Counted from the whole stretch's first letter, positions 1-11,745 are shown. The stretch: 63,832 bases of DNA, filler included, from Bigelowiella natans CCMP2755 (GCA_000320545.1; 6 parts of 6 records of this genome joined end to end with filler, not necessarily neighbours in it), one strand, 5' to 3'. Numbers and translations: made by a program. The notes: generated by a model not told the origin, from the letters alone.

Positions 1-2
1 GG

Positions 3-1583
3 GCGGACACGGAAGAGTTTAGGGACAAGAGGACAGTGGTCTACGCACCAGGAGACAAGCAGCTTGCTGACTATTTCAGCAGGCTGTTCGAAAAGAAAGT
101 CCCTACCCAGGTCACCCCTATGGTTAACGCGATTACCTTTCGAGGACGGCGACTTCCTGCTGAGCCAGAGGAGCTCCAGCACCTTCAAGAACACCTGGAT
201 AAATACAAACACAAGCATGAGGTACTTAGTGATAGGATATATGTATACACTAATAATGTTAGGCGTACCTACGTGCCACGGCGGACCAGGGGAGCCCTTC
301 TCTTTACCGCCCATGGACCTGCACACGTAGGAGAAAACCATATCACTGCTCTACTCTACCATTACTACTGGCCCTACAAGCTAAAAGAGATAAGGACATA
401 CCTGCGTGGCTGCAGGTGCTCCAGCTTGAAGGCGGCAGGCGTCGCCACCAAGGAGTCCAGCAAGAGCCGTGCATCTAAGAAAATCAAAGCAAGGAACTTC
501 TTAGATATCGTGCAAATTGATGTTTATAAGTACGATGGCTATCACTACCTTACCTTCGTTGATGTGGCCACTGGAAAGTGCTGGGTTAAAAAGATTATCA
601 AGGTCAACGTTGCTAAGAAGAACAAAGGCTTATATAAGCAGAGGCTTACTAACTGCTACCGTACCTGGGAGTCTGAGCTCCAGGCTATCCCTGATGAAGT
701 TAGCATAAACAAGATACCAAAGAAGTTACATGTGGATAATGAGACCTCTCTTCTACAGCTACCACACCCTAATATTGATGCCTCACCTGTATACTATGCC
801 CAGTCCAACTCCAAGGTAGAGCGACTCCACCGCACCTTGGCCAACCTAAGCAGGATAAATAGCACCACACCAGACAAGATACAAGGGTTAGTAAACGACA
901 CCTTCACGTCTGGGGGAGGTATCAAGGATAAGGAGAGGGAAGAAGGCGACGACAACGACGACGATACCGAGAGTGAAGACGAGAAGGTCCCGTACGATGG
1001 CCGAGTTCTAAAGGAAGGACAGTATGTTAGGGCCAAGGTAAATCTGAGATCGAGAAATAAACAAGACCCCTTCTGGGGTGGCGTTGCAAAGGTTACCGAG
1101 AGGAAGGGGAGGAAGCAGTACTACATCTATGATGGGAACAGGGTCACCTTGCGCCACATCAGTCACCTAAAGAATTATGATATCGGTGAGAAGCTCCTAG
1201 AGGATGTTAAAGTAAACCCTACTGTGTGGGAGCGAGCAATGCCTTGTTTAGGACCCCGACCTAAGTTCGATGTGGAATATGGAAACAATAAGGTCAGGGT
1301 GAACGACGATTGGCGCATGAAGATTGTCTATCTAGGCTACCCTGGATTACGAAATATGGAGAGGGTAGCTATGAAAATAAAGGACGGAAAATATCAGCTA
1401 CTCTACCTAGCTGTTCCCGACTTACCCTTTGAGCACTGGTATAAGGTCCTGGGGGACCTTGATGCAGAGGGCTGGTATGGACACGAACCTAAGGACGAAG
1501 GTGAGTTCTGGGTAAGCGACAAAGGAGATAAGGTTAGAGAGGAATCTATTACCTGGTGGTTGGTGAAGTTCCGAAAGCGATGA
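3..1583 (+). CDS. pol: Pol C-terminus (5'-truncated): RNase H end, HHCC/DDE integrase, GPY/F-like region, degenerate Dam-like MTase domain
   Basis: The frame is open from nt 3. Zinc finger AHGPAH...CRC; catalytic motifs QIDV, HVDNE and SNSKVERLHRTL; KQDPFWGG resembles GPY/F; C-terminal DDW...YLGYPG...VPDLPFEHWY. Confidence 0.88.
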   Translation, partial: ADTEEFRDKRTVVYAPGDKQLADYFSRLFEKKVPTQVTPMVNAITFRGRRLPAEPEELQHLQEHLDKYKHKHEVLSDRIYVYTNNVRRTYVPRRTRGALLFTAHGPAHVGENHITALLYHYYWPYKLKEIRTYLRGCRCSSLKAAGVATKESSKSRASKKIKARNFLDIVQIDVYKYDGYHYLTFVDVATGKCWVKKIIKVNVAKKNKGLYKQRLTNCYRTWESELQAIPDEVSINKIPKKLHVDNETSLLQLPHPNIDASPVYYAQSNSKVERLHRTLANLSRINSTTPDKIQGLVNDTFTSGGGIKDKEREEGDDNDDDTESEDEKVPYDGRVLKEGQYVRAKVNLRSRNKQDPFWGGVAKVTERKGRKQYYIYDGNRVTLRHISHLKNYDIGEKLLEDVKVNPTVWERAMPCLGPRPKFDVEYGNNKVRVNDDWRMKIVYLGYPGLRNMERVAMKIKDGKYQLLYLAVPDLPFEHWYKVLGDLDAEGWYGHEPKDEGEFWVSDKGDKVREESITWWLVKFRKR

Positions 1584-1588
1584 AGGTC

Positions 1589-1634
1589 TAAGGGAATAAG
1601 GAAGGAAGGAAGGAGCAACGTGACTTGGGGGAGG
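1589..1634 (+). other. Polypurine tract (plus-strand primer)
   Basis: AAGGGAATAAGGAAGGAAGGAAGGAG...TGGGGGAGG lies immediately before the LTR's TG. Confidence 0.75.
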
Positions 1635-1960
1635 TGTAGCGCGTACCACTACGCGGGCACAAGTCACGTGCGACAACAAAGGGGTTGTCGCGGATATAGA
1701 ATATAGATAACGTAGATATTAATACAGCATAGGCACGTGGGTTCCGGCGGGACTCATGGCAGCACACCGGAAGTGTGCTGCCCCACGTGCGGCGGCATTC
1801 GCGAAAGCTTCGCGAATGATTACGCAGTGCACGATTTAATAAAAATATAATCTTTAATAAAAATAAACACAACTCTTCAAAAGGAAGCAAACGTGCCTTT
1901 CCCCCCCCCTGCCTACTTGTGCACGTAGCGCCTCGGCCTGTGAACACCTTACGCGCAACA
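1635..1960 (+). repeat. 3' LTR (326 bp)
   Basis: Starts TGTAGCGCGTA and ends TACGCGCAACA (10/11 inverted match). Contains a TATA-like stretch (~1693-1722) and AATAAA signals (~1838-1867). Composition changes sharply after 1960. Confidence 0.8.
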
Positions 1961-2727
1961 GGCGTGCACGCAAACGACTGTGTCGTGGACACAGTGATGT
2001 CACTTTGCACAATTGCAGACATGCAACATCATGTGTGTGCTATGCATGCCATTGTGGACATGTGACATCATGTACATGCCATGTGTGCCATTGCTGTGTC
2101 CATCATCACAAGTGTGCACGTGTGCGTGCACGTCTAGACGTGTGCACACATCATGGGGAAATAGCGGGTTTGTGATGCCGCACGGCAATGCATTCAGCAC
2201 TTGTGACCAACGGCAATGTGCTCACTGCAGCTCTACGTGTGCATGGCAACAGCATGGCTCTAGGGCCACTCTAGCACTGTGACACCACATGCATGACGTA
2301 CAGACCACAAATTTGACATTTCTGGCGGTGCGCAGGAACGACTTGCAATGATTGCCAACAAAAGCATGTCTAGATGTGCTCAGGATGCGCTCGCACGCAA
2401 TGTGGTGACGCATCAAATCAATTCGATGCACGCTGCATGCACGCGTTGTTTGTTGTTATTTTAATTAGTGGCCATTGCACGTAATTGCTATAATTATGAA
2501 GTGCTGTCGGATCGCTATCTGATTAGTGCAAACATCTCTACATGTAGTCATTTTCGTTCAATTTTTGAAGTAAAGTGTTGTTAGTAGTTGCTGCATGGAG
2601 TAGCCTGAACTTGCATACACGCTTCATAGAACATTCGCTCTGTCGACTACATACAACAGCTGGAACTAGGGAAAGCGTCTAAGCAGCCGAGAATACAAGC
2701 AGTGATGAATGGAACGATGGGCGACGA

Positions 2728-2828
2728 CTATGCCACCAATTCTACCCGAACCATGTTTGGAAACTTCTCCTTGATTTTCTGTTGAATCTACGGATGGCAG
2801 TTACGATCCAAAACAAGCAACGATAAGA

Positions 2829-2875
<47 letters not shown>

Positions 2876-4565
2876 TCTTGTTCCAAAGTGAGCTGCGTGT
2901 GCGTGTTGTGTGCGTGTGTGTTGTGTGTTCTCCTCACATGGTTTATTCTCATTTTTATTTCACTAACCGCTACGCGGACGGTCATGATCTTCGCAGCAGG
3001 CCCAGTAATCTTAATCTTCACGTTGTTCTGCTCCAGCCCCCCCACGTAGTCTAGAGATCCACCGGAAGCCCCCACGAGGTAAGGCCGGATTTCGTCAAGA
3101 ATCTAATCATATATAGATGGAGGGGACGATTGCTGTTTGTTGCCGCTGCTGCTGTTGCTGCACCCGTGTGTTTGTGTGTGTCGTATTTTCTGGCGATTAT
3201 CATAATTACTATCGGACTCCGGGTTTGGGTCTATATACCTTCTCGATGTTTTCCAAACTTACTTCCATCTTCTCCTCCGTCACGCCAACATCTACAACTT
3301 CACCTACCTATTTCAGGGCGGGAGGGGGGGGATTGGCACGGAGGAGAACATTAAGATAGAATTAAGATAGATTGACATTAGGCCACCGCATCCTGAATGA
3401 TCATTCCAACGCTTATATCATGATACAGAAATCAATAAATTATAGTCGGTGAGACATTGTCATCATCTTATTTCATCTTCCATATATTTATATGATATAT
3501 GTTACTGTCGTAACCCGGATGATGCTGCAACCTAACAATTTAGTACCCCTTCAATTCTTTCCTGAAGGCGCCTCTTGATACCCAGCTGCATGGTGGTCGA
3601 GGACGATGCGCAGGAGCTGAAGGAGGTGAGAGGAGGGAGGGGGGGCACGAAATCATGAGTGTTCGTTGAGAACGTGATATATTTGACTTGACAAAGCACC
3701 TGCATGCTCCCTTAAGTCTTAGTTTCACAAGAGGTCCGTCAATTTCGACAAAATCTACACTACCACCGTCGGCCTGGAGGTATGGACGAACCTACGAGAA
3801 GGAGAGAGGGGGGTGGGGAGGTGCGTGATGACGATGGTGGAGACCCTGAGAGCGGGAATGGCAAAAGGCCAAAGAGTTTTTCTCCTGTTCAATCTAACAT
3901 TGAGGATGCAATCGTCACAGTTCGCAACTAGAAAAAGCCAAAAACGAGGGAAGGAGAAAAGGGACGGGGAGAGGAGGGCGGCAAGAAAGGCAACCTCGTC
4001 CAACACAACTTCGACGTTAGCGGGGGTGAGGTCGAGCCTTTCCACTGTGAATACGCTCGGCCTGTAACCGCTAGCGATGGCTCTCACAGGAACTACTCCA
4101 CGCTTAAAATCTCCGCACATCTTTAGAGCCTGGTGAGGGGTGAGGTGTGGAGTGCAGGAAGATGGGAAAATAATCAAGGCGTGTGCAATGATAATGATAA
4201 TGATGATGATGATGATGATGATGATGGTATTCTTTGTTTCCCATATGTATCCGAGATGGATAGCACTTTCATATCCAACCCAAATTATCGAGGATCTTCG
4301 AAAGAAAATATTTTGGAGTATTAACAGCACTCTTCTCGAGTTCTGGCAACTATTGCTCTCAGTATGGTACCTTGAGAGGTTGGTGAATAGTACTTCTCCG
4401 TCCTACTTGCATCACTCTGTTCTGGGCCCCTGCTTTCATAGTAGTACCCAATTGAAGCTTCTCATCGTAATTTCTGCTTCTTGCGCTAAGCAATACGAAG
4501 ACAACGGAGGCGGAGAGGAGGAGTAGGAACCCCACGCTTCTTAACTTGCCCAAACCGGCAGCCAT
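2728..4565 (-). CDS. NFU: Plastid-type NFU Fe-S carrier (two NifU-C domains), about 7 exons, bipartite targeting leader
   Basis: Spliced peptides: LTPANVEVVLDE|VRPYLQADGGSVDFVEIDGPLVKLRLKGAC|SSCASSSTTMQLGIKRRLQERI (CxxC), then ILDEIRPYLVGASGG...IMTVRVA|IQQKIKEKFPNMVRVELVA*. N-terminus is hydrophobic (VGFLLLLSASVVFVLL). Confidence 0.92.
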
Positions 4566-5294
4566 GGTAGGTGTTGAAAGATGTAATTCAGGTTTTCACC
4601 CGAAAATTCTTGCGCCTATTTTTGACATTTTTTCGCATAAAAAAACTATTATTCGATGTCGCAATGATAAATAGAAACCGGTAAATGATATTTCTACAAG
4701 ATTCGTGCGTGCATCTGGAACGTGGAAAGAGTTCGGATCGTCGATTCGGACTATTAAGGTTAATTCACAATGTCGCAGATACTAAAATGCAATGTTTCTC
4801 GAGCATTTCGGTCTTTTTGCCTACCGCTGGCGAATTTCTCTTCAGCTCTTCTGCAAGCCGGCTACCACACTGTCTCTGTCAAGACCAGAGTCTTGCTCGG
4901 CGCCCCCTCGGTTGTCCCCAACGTTGATTTCCGTGTGGACTTGGATGTCAGGAAGTTCCTGCTCAGGATGGATGCTTTGCGTCGTCGTCATCTGGCTGCT
5001 AGTTGTGATGCATTCAATGTCCAGTTCGTGCCAATCTAGCAATTTGCGTGAGCCCCGCTGCCCCGCTAGTTTGCTAGTCAGTCCTCTCTGAAGCCAGTTC
5101 GAGGCACTGCATTTCGCACATTACAAGTGTCTTGTCACACTTTGGAAATGCAGTTTTTCATCATTGTTTTCATTGTTCTCATTGTTCCCAACAAATGCTG
5201 GAATGCCATGAGAGAAGTCACTGGGTCAGTCAGGACGTTGGGACGGGGCGCGCGATGCAAGTGGGCACGCAAGTGCGCATGCATGCGGATACGC

Positions 5295-5336
<42 letters not shown>

Positions 5337-5828
5337 AACATCGTGTGCACACCGAAGATGTTCGCACCCCACAACCCATGCACATTGCTGGATTGTTTGT
5401 TTGCTGTGCGGGTGCTTCGCCACCAACGTGACCGGCAAATCATCCCGTCTTGATTGCTTCGTTTTGCGAGGTGCAAAATCGTGTGACAGAGTGCAAGAAA
5501 CAAGACACGTGTGCGCATCGAAGCACTCTAGCACTGGTCGGGCTCGCTAGCTCGGTGTGAGCGCATCACTCTGCCTGCTGTCGGTGGCAACGCTGCTGCA
5601 ACTGCTGTGATGGACATGTAATGTCACATGCACATTGTGCATAAAATTTAAACATTTCATTACATCCGTCTCATGTTACACATGCTATTACTGATACTCA
5701 CAATAGACATGTAACATCATAAACATATTGCACATGCCATTACTGTGTCTATAATTGCTGTTGTCGCTGACACTGCTGCTGACCACTGCAACAACTGTGG
5801 CATTGCTGTTGTTGTTGTTGTTGTTGCT

Positions 5829-6286
5829 TCACTCGTAAGATTGATCAAGAGGTCTCTGCAGTTTGTCCTCCAAGAAGCCATGCGCGACTGCAAGCTCGTC
5901 TTCCAAAACGCTGTGTTCACACTGCCAAACAAAGATATGTGTCAAATGTGCACACAGCATGTACATACATTAATGTGTACATGTATATAGGTTCTCATAC
6001 CCCTGCCTGATCGATTGCATAGAGAAGGCCTTGCGTAGATAGATTTCCTTTGGCCCCTAGCAACATGCGTGTATGTTGGTGTTGTAGAAGTACAGCAGAA
6101 GATGTGTATATTGATGTAGTAGAAGTAGTAGTCGCAGTTTTCTCCCAGGTGCGAGCAACCTAGTGCGGATGATGAAGCTTTCGCTAATTTGAGGAAGGAA
6201 AATGCGCCATGTGCCCTCCCCCCCCTCCCCCCCCAGTCGACGGATGGGTTATTATGATGATAATACATGCTCGTATACACATATAA

Positions 6287-6346
<60 letters not shown>

Positions 6347-7012
6347 CTGAATACTCCGTAAACACTGTCTGACCTGGAGCGAAATTGCATCCTCCGCACC
6401 CCCCAACAGCGGCATCGAACTCACGAACACCTGTGTGAGGCGATGGTGGTGTGAATGACGGACAAGAAGCACCACAGCCATAGCGCCAGCTAACAAGTCA
6501 AAGCATGCCGTTCTGTTGTAGAGCAGAGGGGAGGGAGGGGGGGGGGGAGGATGGCGACCTATCTTCATGCCCTCGATGCAGTTATCACGGGCCCTACCTG
6601 TTTTCATGGTGATGATGCATGGAAAGAGAGAGAGAGGGAGCAGAAGAAGAAGAAGAAGAAGAAGAAGAAGAAGGGGTAGGTGGGAATATTGAGCACACAT
6701 CAGCATATATTATATATATATATATATATATATTATATTGTGTGTCATCTTACCGTTGGTGTCGTGCATGTGCAGAGAGATTTTCGGAGCGTTCTCCACA
6801 GCTTTGAGCGCGTCCATGATATCGTTGACCAGCAATCGAGTCTGAATACACAGAACAGCAATCGTCATACAGCATCTGTCTGCATATCATCACAAGAGAG
6901 TACAGCTGTCTTTTCATCATCATCATCATCATCATCGTCATCATCGTCATCATCGTCATCATTATATAATTAAGACAAGGACAGTAGCATCATCGACACA
7001 CTGGGATTCTCT

Positions 7013-7050
<38 letters not shown>

Positions 7051-7237
7051 GATAGCTTCTTTGCAACCCCTCTTCCTACCTGAGCGGGGGTAGCACATCC
7101 TAGCGTGTCTGCTATGCCCAGTACCTGATCGCCGAATGATGGCGTTATTTATCGATGGAATGTGTTGGCAAGGGGAGGGGGGGGGGATGATGAGGAAAAT
7201 CGCTCAGACTGTGATTTATTATATACATCCATCTTTA

Positions 7238-7274
<37 letters not shown>

Positions 7275-7839
7275 TACAATCGCGTGTTAAATCGCGAATA
7301 TAATCGTGTGCCGTTTATGCACAGAAGGAGTAATAGCTCGTATATACTCACATTTCTACATTACACGCACACACACACACACGCGCACACATAAAAAGAT
7401 ACAGCAGAAAGAGAGGCCGCTGGCAATTTCTATACGTATATCATTCTCAGAATCATTGCTGGCAGCTAAAGAGAAAGCAGCAACCCAAACGCCATTGAGC
7501 AGTAGGCTCTCACTCCAAGGCCTTCCTTCCGAGCGACTTCCAGCACCTTCATCGTCTGCACAGTCATAATGGCTACGGGTTACAGAATATATATTGAGTT
7601 ATTGAAGAAGAGAAAGAAAAAGAGGAAGAGGAAGAAGAAGAAGAAGAAGAAGAAGAAGAAGAAGATTTGGAAAGGGCAGCCATGATTATGACTACGACGA
7701 CGACGACGACGACGATGATGATGATGATGATACACTGCTCTCACCGCCTCAAGCGCCTCTTTGATCGGACGGCCGACGTTGGCTTTGGAATGCGAGTCAG
7801 TGCATGATGTAATCAACACGCACGTATCTGGACACCTAC

Positions 7840-7874
<35 letters not shown>

Positions 7875-8315
7875 CGACACCTGCACGATGATGATGATGA
7901 TGATGATGATGACGATGACGAAGTATATGTGTATTTCCAGTCCGCCCTGTTAAGTTTGCTTTTCAATCACTTCCTCCCCCTCCTCCTCCTCCTCCTCCTC
8001 CTCAACGCTCCTTCGTATCATTAAGTCATTCTCGGCAGACGTCATCACCATCATTACCATCATCATCATCATCATCATTATCATCACCCATCATTGCCAC
8101 TGCTACTTTCCCGCGCCGTCAGCAAGTTGTCTAGTCCGCGCATGTTGGGCACTAGCGCTGCAAATGGCATCCCCCGTGATCGAGCTGTGTGATACCTACC
8201 ACCGAGTGCATGGGCAGCCTCAGAATAGCAAGCCGCAACAGCTATAAAAGCCCTCGCGGACTCCGAAATCGCCGGCATTTCGACTCGAAAACACGACAAG
8301 GTTTGCATGGTCTTG

Positions 8316-8354
<39 letters not shown>

Positions 8355-8812
8355 TACACATCTATGCGATTGTATCTAAATCGTCCATACATATGAGTGC
8401 GAATGTGTGTGCGCGCGCCGCGCGCGCACGCATATCGTAGCAGTACCATTCCTGATCTGCCAGCGCGGCACATAACTCCTTTGCATCCTTGAACAGAAGG
8501 AGGAGGGAGAAAAAGGAGGAAGAGGATGAGGAGATTCACGAGGATGTAGGTAACATGCTGCAATATATATCTTAAGAGCATTAAACGTATTCTGGCAGGA
8601 GCTGTCCTGCATACAACTATGTTTCCTTCTTCCCTGTTCCTTTTAAAATCGGCCTGGGTTCATCGTTTACCTTTAAGTTCGGAACACGATCTGGCCGCAC
8701 AAACGAGGTCAGCTCAATAGACGAAGGGGATGACGATGCCTGTTGTAGAATCCCCATCAGCATTCGTAAATATCTTCAGATATTTCATGCACAATATGCA
8801 TGCATGTGTGTA

Positions 8813-8866
<54 letters not shown>

Positions 8867-9022
8867 AACCCAATGTGTAGTAGTAGTAGTAGTAGTAGTA
8901 GTTGTTGTTGTTGTTGATGTTGTTATTTGTACTCTCACCAGTAAACGACACAGCTCAATTTTGTCCTCGAGCGACAACGCGGCCTTGATTCATTAGGTTG
9001 TTGCAAGTCATCATCATCACCG

Positions 9023-9060
<38 letters not shown>

Positions 9061-9398
9061 GCTCTCGACATACAGAATAGTGATTGATTGCATGGGTTCC
9101 TGATGATACATTTATATTTTATATATATCCTACCTTCTCATTCTGAAGACCGTCTCTGGGCGCAACCTCATGCACTCTGGCAACAACAACAACAACGACA
9201 TCGACATCAACACCACGAAAGACAACAGGGAAGGGGGAGGGGGATACTTCGAAGGATGACCACTAATATCAGAAATAATCATCGTTAGTTGTGTCGTTGG
9301 GTCGCATACCTAACAGCTTTAGCCGAAAACAGTCGATGAGGCGTACAGGAGGCAGCTCTTCTTGTCTTAGCTTGCCGTCGAATAAGACGATTTATCAT
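5829..9398 (-). CDS. HMGCL: Hydroxymethylglutaryl-CoA lyase family protein, multi-exon, probably mitochondrial
   Basis: VHEVAPRDGLQNEK, IELTSFVRPDRVPNL, AALVPNMRG, SLHMHDT, FDAAVGGCGGCNFAPG|AKGNLST. Arg-rich presequence MINRLIRRQAK. Confidence 0.9.
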
Positions 9399-9993
9399 CT
9401 CTTTTTAGATATACGGCTCTATCAGCAGAACCTCTTTCGCGCTGGCTGTCGCCTGTTCGATCTGAGAAGTTTACCGGTGAGAGACACGTGTAAGATCCTC
9501 GTTCCGAGAGGAGAGAGCAGAGGAGCAATGGTGTAGTTCATTGACAGACGCCTCGCAGCTCTATTCTCTCAGAAACGGGACAAAACAACTTCATCTTGCA
9601 GACTTGTCTCAACCCTTAGCACGCTCCCCCTTCCCCACCTTTTGCTCTCCCTGTCACTCTAACGCCACGCGTGGGCGGAAGGGGGGGTCTCGCCGACGTG
9701 AATTTGGATGATCAGAGCGGGAAGGGCCTGGAATCGACAACAGCGACAAGGATCTCAACCCCTGCTTTTTCGTCAAATTGGCTCTCTCTCTCAGTCGTCA
9801 AACCTGTCATCGGCTCCCGCTTCATACTCAAAAGCTGAGACGCCATGATGATTACCGGTAATTAGCTGCTGCTCCCAACGCGAGAATTGTGTCTCTTTGG
9901 GTTGTCGCAGAAAGGATATCACCTGTGTTCGGCGGGAATATAATAATAATAATAATAGATTTACGTACTCTCGTACGAGTACTACTTTGTGGG

Positions 9994-11745
9994 ATGGACG
10001 TTCAGGTTGGAGCATTGCAGGTGGGAAGTCATCCTAACGATCCCTTGACGGATGCAACTCCACGCGAGATCTCATTGAAGTTCCCTCGGCCGTTTGAAGA
10101 GCCCCCGGACGTGCTGACTGCACTGAGCAGCCTCGACGTTCAATCTGAGCGCAATGTCCGCACCAACTGCTGGGCGTGCGAAGTGTCTTCGACCGGATTC
10201 AAGCTTTGTGTGCACAGTTGGTTTGACTCGAAAACGTGGTCTGTCAATGTTAGCTAGTGGGCTGTGCGAAAAGACTCCAGTTTCCCTCGCCAGGTGATAG
10301 AGTTGCACGGGTGGCCAGACAACCCATTGACGAAAGGCAACTCGTTCATAGGGACAACGAGCAAGGCAAATAGCAAAACGGCGAGGGCGCCTTCTGATGT
10401 GCAGATTGCCATCGGGTTGGGGCTGCTTGACTGTCATCATGAAGTAGACCTGTCTGCCGAAGCTAGAGTGAATGAAAATGGGATTCTAGGTTGCACTACA
10501 CACTCTCACCTTTGGGGTGTGAAAGTGAGCACCCTGGCCTTGCCTCGAACATCTGAGCGGAAGCAGATGGCACAAGCAAGGCAGGTGAGGTTTCAGGGTG
10601 AAAGGCTTGCGAAAGAAAAGGTGAAAGTCACATTTCCAGAGCGGTTCAAGGTGATACCAAAGGTGATTACGATGCTGGCAGGAATCCATGCAAGCCAAAA
10701 AAAAAATGTTCGGCTTCGAGTTGTGGTGAAACAAGTCACCAAAACGGGATTCTTACTTGTTGCTGACTCATGGTGTGATTCAATTACGTACTCTGCGAGC
10801 ATTTCGTGGCTTGCTGTGGTCCAAGATGGGGGTGACATAGTTCCTACACCCCTGCCTAAACCTGACCCCAACCCTGAACCCAACTCGAGAAATCTCCCCC
10901 CGGATTACGACGAAAAGACGAGTAAGGTGCTCGGGAAGGGATGGTGGGGGACCACCAGACGCGCTCGCCACGTGCTGGATGGCAAGCTGTACGCCGTGAA
11001 GACTGTCAGAAGGTCATTCCGTGAGCACGAGCGAGTGCTACGACAGGAACTCACGAGTTTGGCGAAATTGCCGACACACTACAATGTCTGCCACTACCAC
11101 ACCTCGACGCTCATCGACGACAAATTGCACATTGTTCTCGAGTATGTGGATGGGCTAGAGTTCCACAAGATTGTCCCCAAGCCGCATGGACACTACCATC
11201 AGAAGCATCCGGCAGAGCACGTGCTCGCTTGGATGCGTCAGTTGTTCGATGGGCTGGCTGCCATGCACAACGTCAACATGGTTCATCGGGACCTTCACAT
11301 GGGAAATCTTCTCATTGCAAAAGATTCTCAGGGTCGTCCTGCTACGCACAGCCGAGCTGTGAAAATCATCGACTTTGGGTTCGCCAAGGTCATGGAACTT
11401 TCTCGGCCGCAAAATGTTTCGATGTCTGGAGGCTCATTTCGGTACTTTTCGCCAGAAAGGCGCAAGCGCAGAATCTCTAACGATCGTGATGACGTCTGGA
11501 CTGTGGGATGCATTTTAACGGAGCTTGCGAGTGGCAAACTCATCGAGAAACGAACTGATTGTGGGTGTCATGGCATCGACTTTGCCATCGAAGACACGGC
11601 TATCGAAGCGCAGATAAGCGAATGTCCTAACGGGGGCAGAGCACAGAGGCTCGCGAGGAAAATTCTTGTAAAAGATCATGAGGCCCGTCCGTCAGCTGTA
11701 GAAGTCGTTCGCACCATTGATGGAATGATGGAAAAGAAAGCGTGA
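9994..11745 (+). CDS. Intronless H-type lectin (2-3 repeats) plus Ser/Thr kinase, with in-frame TAG at 10255-10257
   Basis: Lectin motifs F.RPF..PP.V...L..LD and GF......W.DS......SW.A are repeated. Kinase motifs GKGWWG, AVK, HRDLHMGN, DFG, YFSPE, DVWTVG. ORFs 9889-10257 and 10264-11745 are in the same frame. Confidence 0.85.

Larger units (their letters stand above)
1..1960 (+). mobile_element. 3' part of a Ty3/Gypsy-type LTR retrotransposon (end of RNase H, integrase, PPT, 3' LTR)
   Basis: Domain order is RNase H tail (YAPGDKQLADYFSR) then integrase. A purine tract ending GGGGGAGG is followed directly by a TG...CA-bounded segment with terminal inverted repeats. Confidence 0.88.

Noticed and set aside
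5942-6706. 254-aa ORF and similar low-complexity ORFs throughout the window
   Set aside because: Read-through of microsatellite introns. Only short exon parts are real.
10236-10257. Tiny intron removing the kinase TAG
   Set aside because: The 19- and 22-nt GT..AG candidates shift the frame, and the 15-nt one deletes a conserved lectin strand. Both are implausible.
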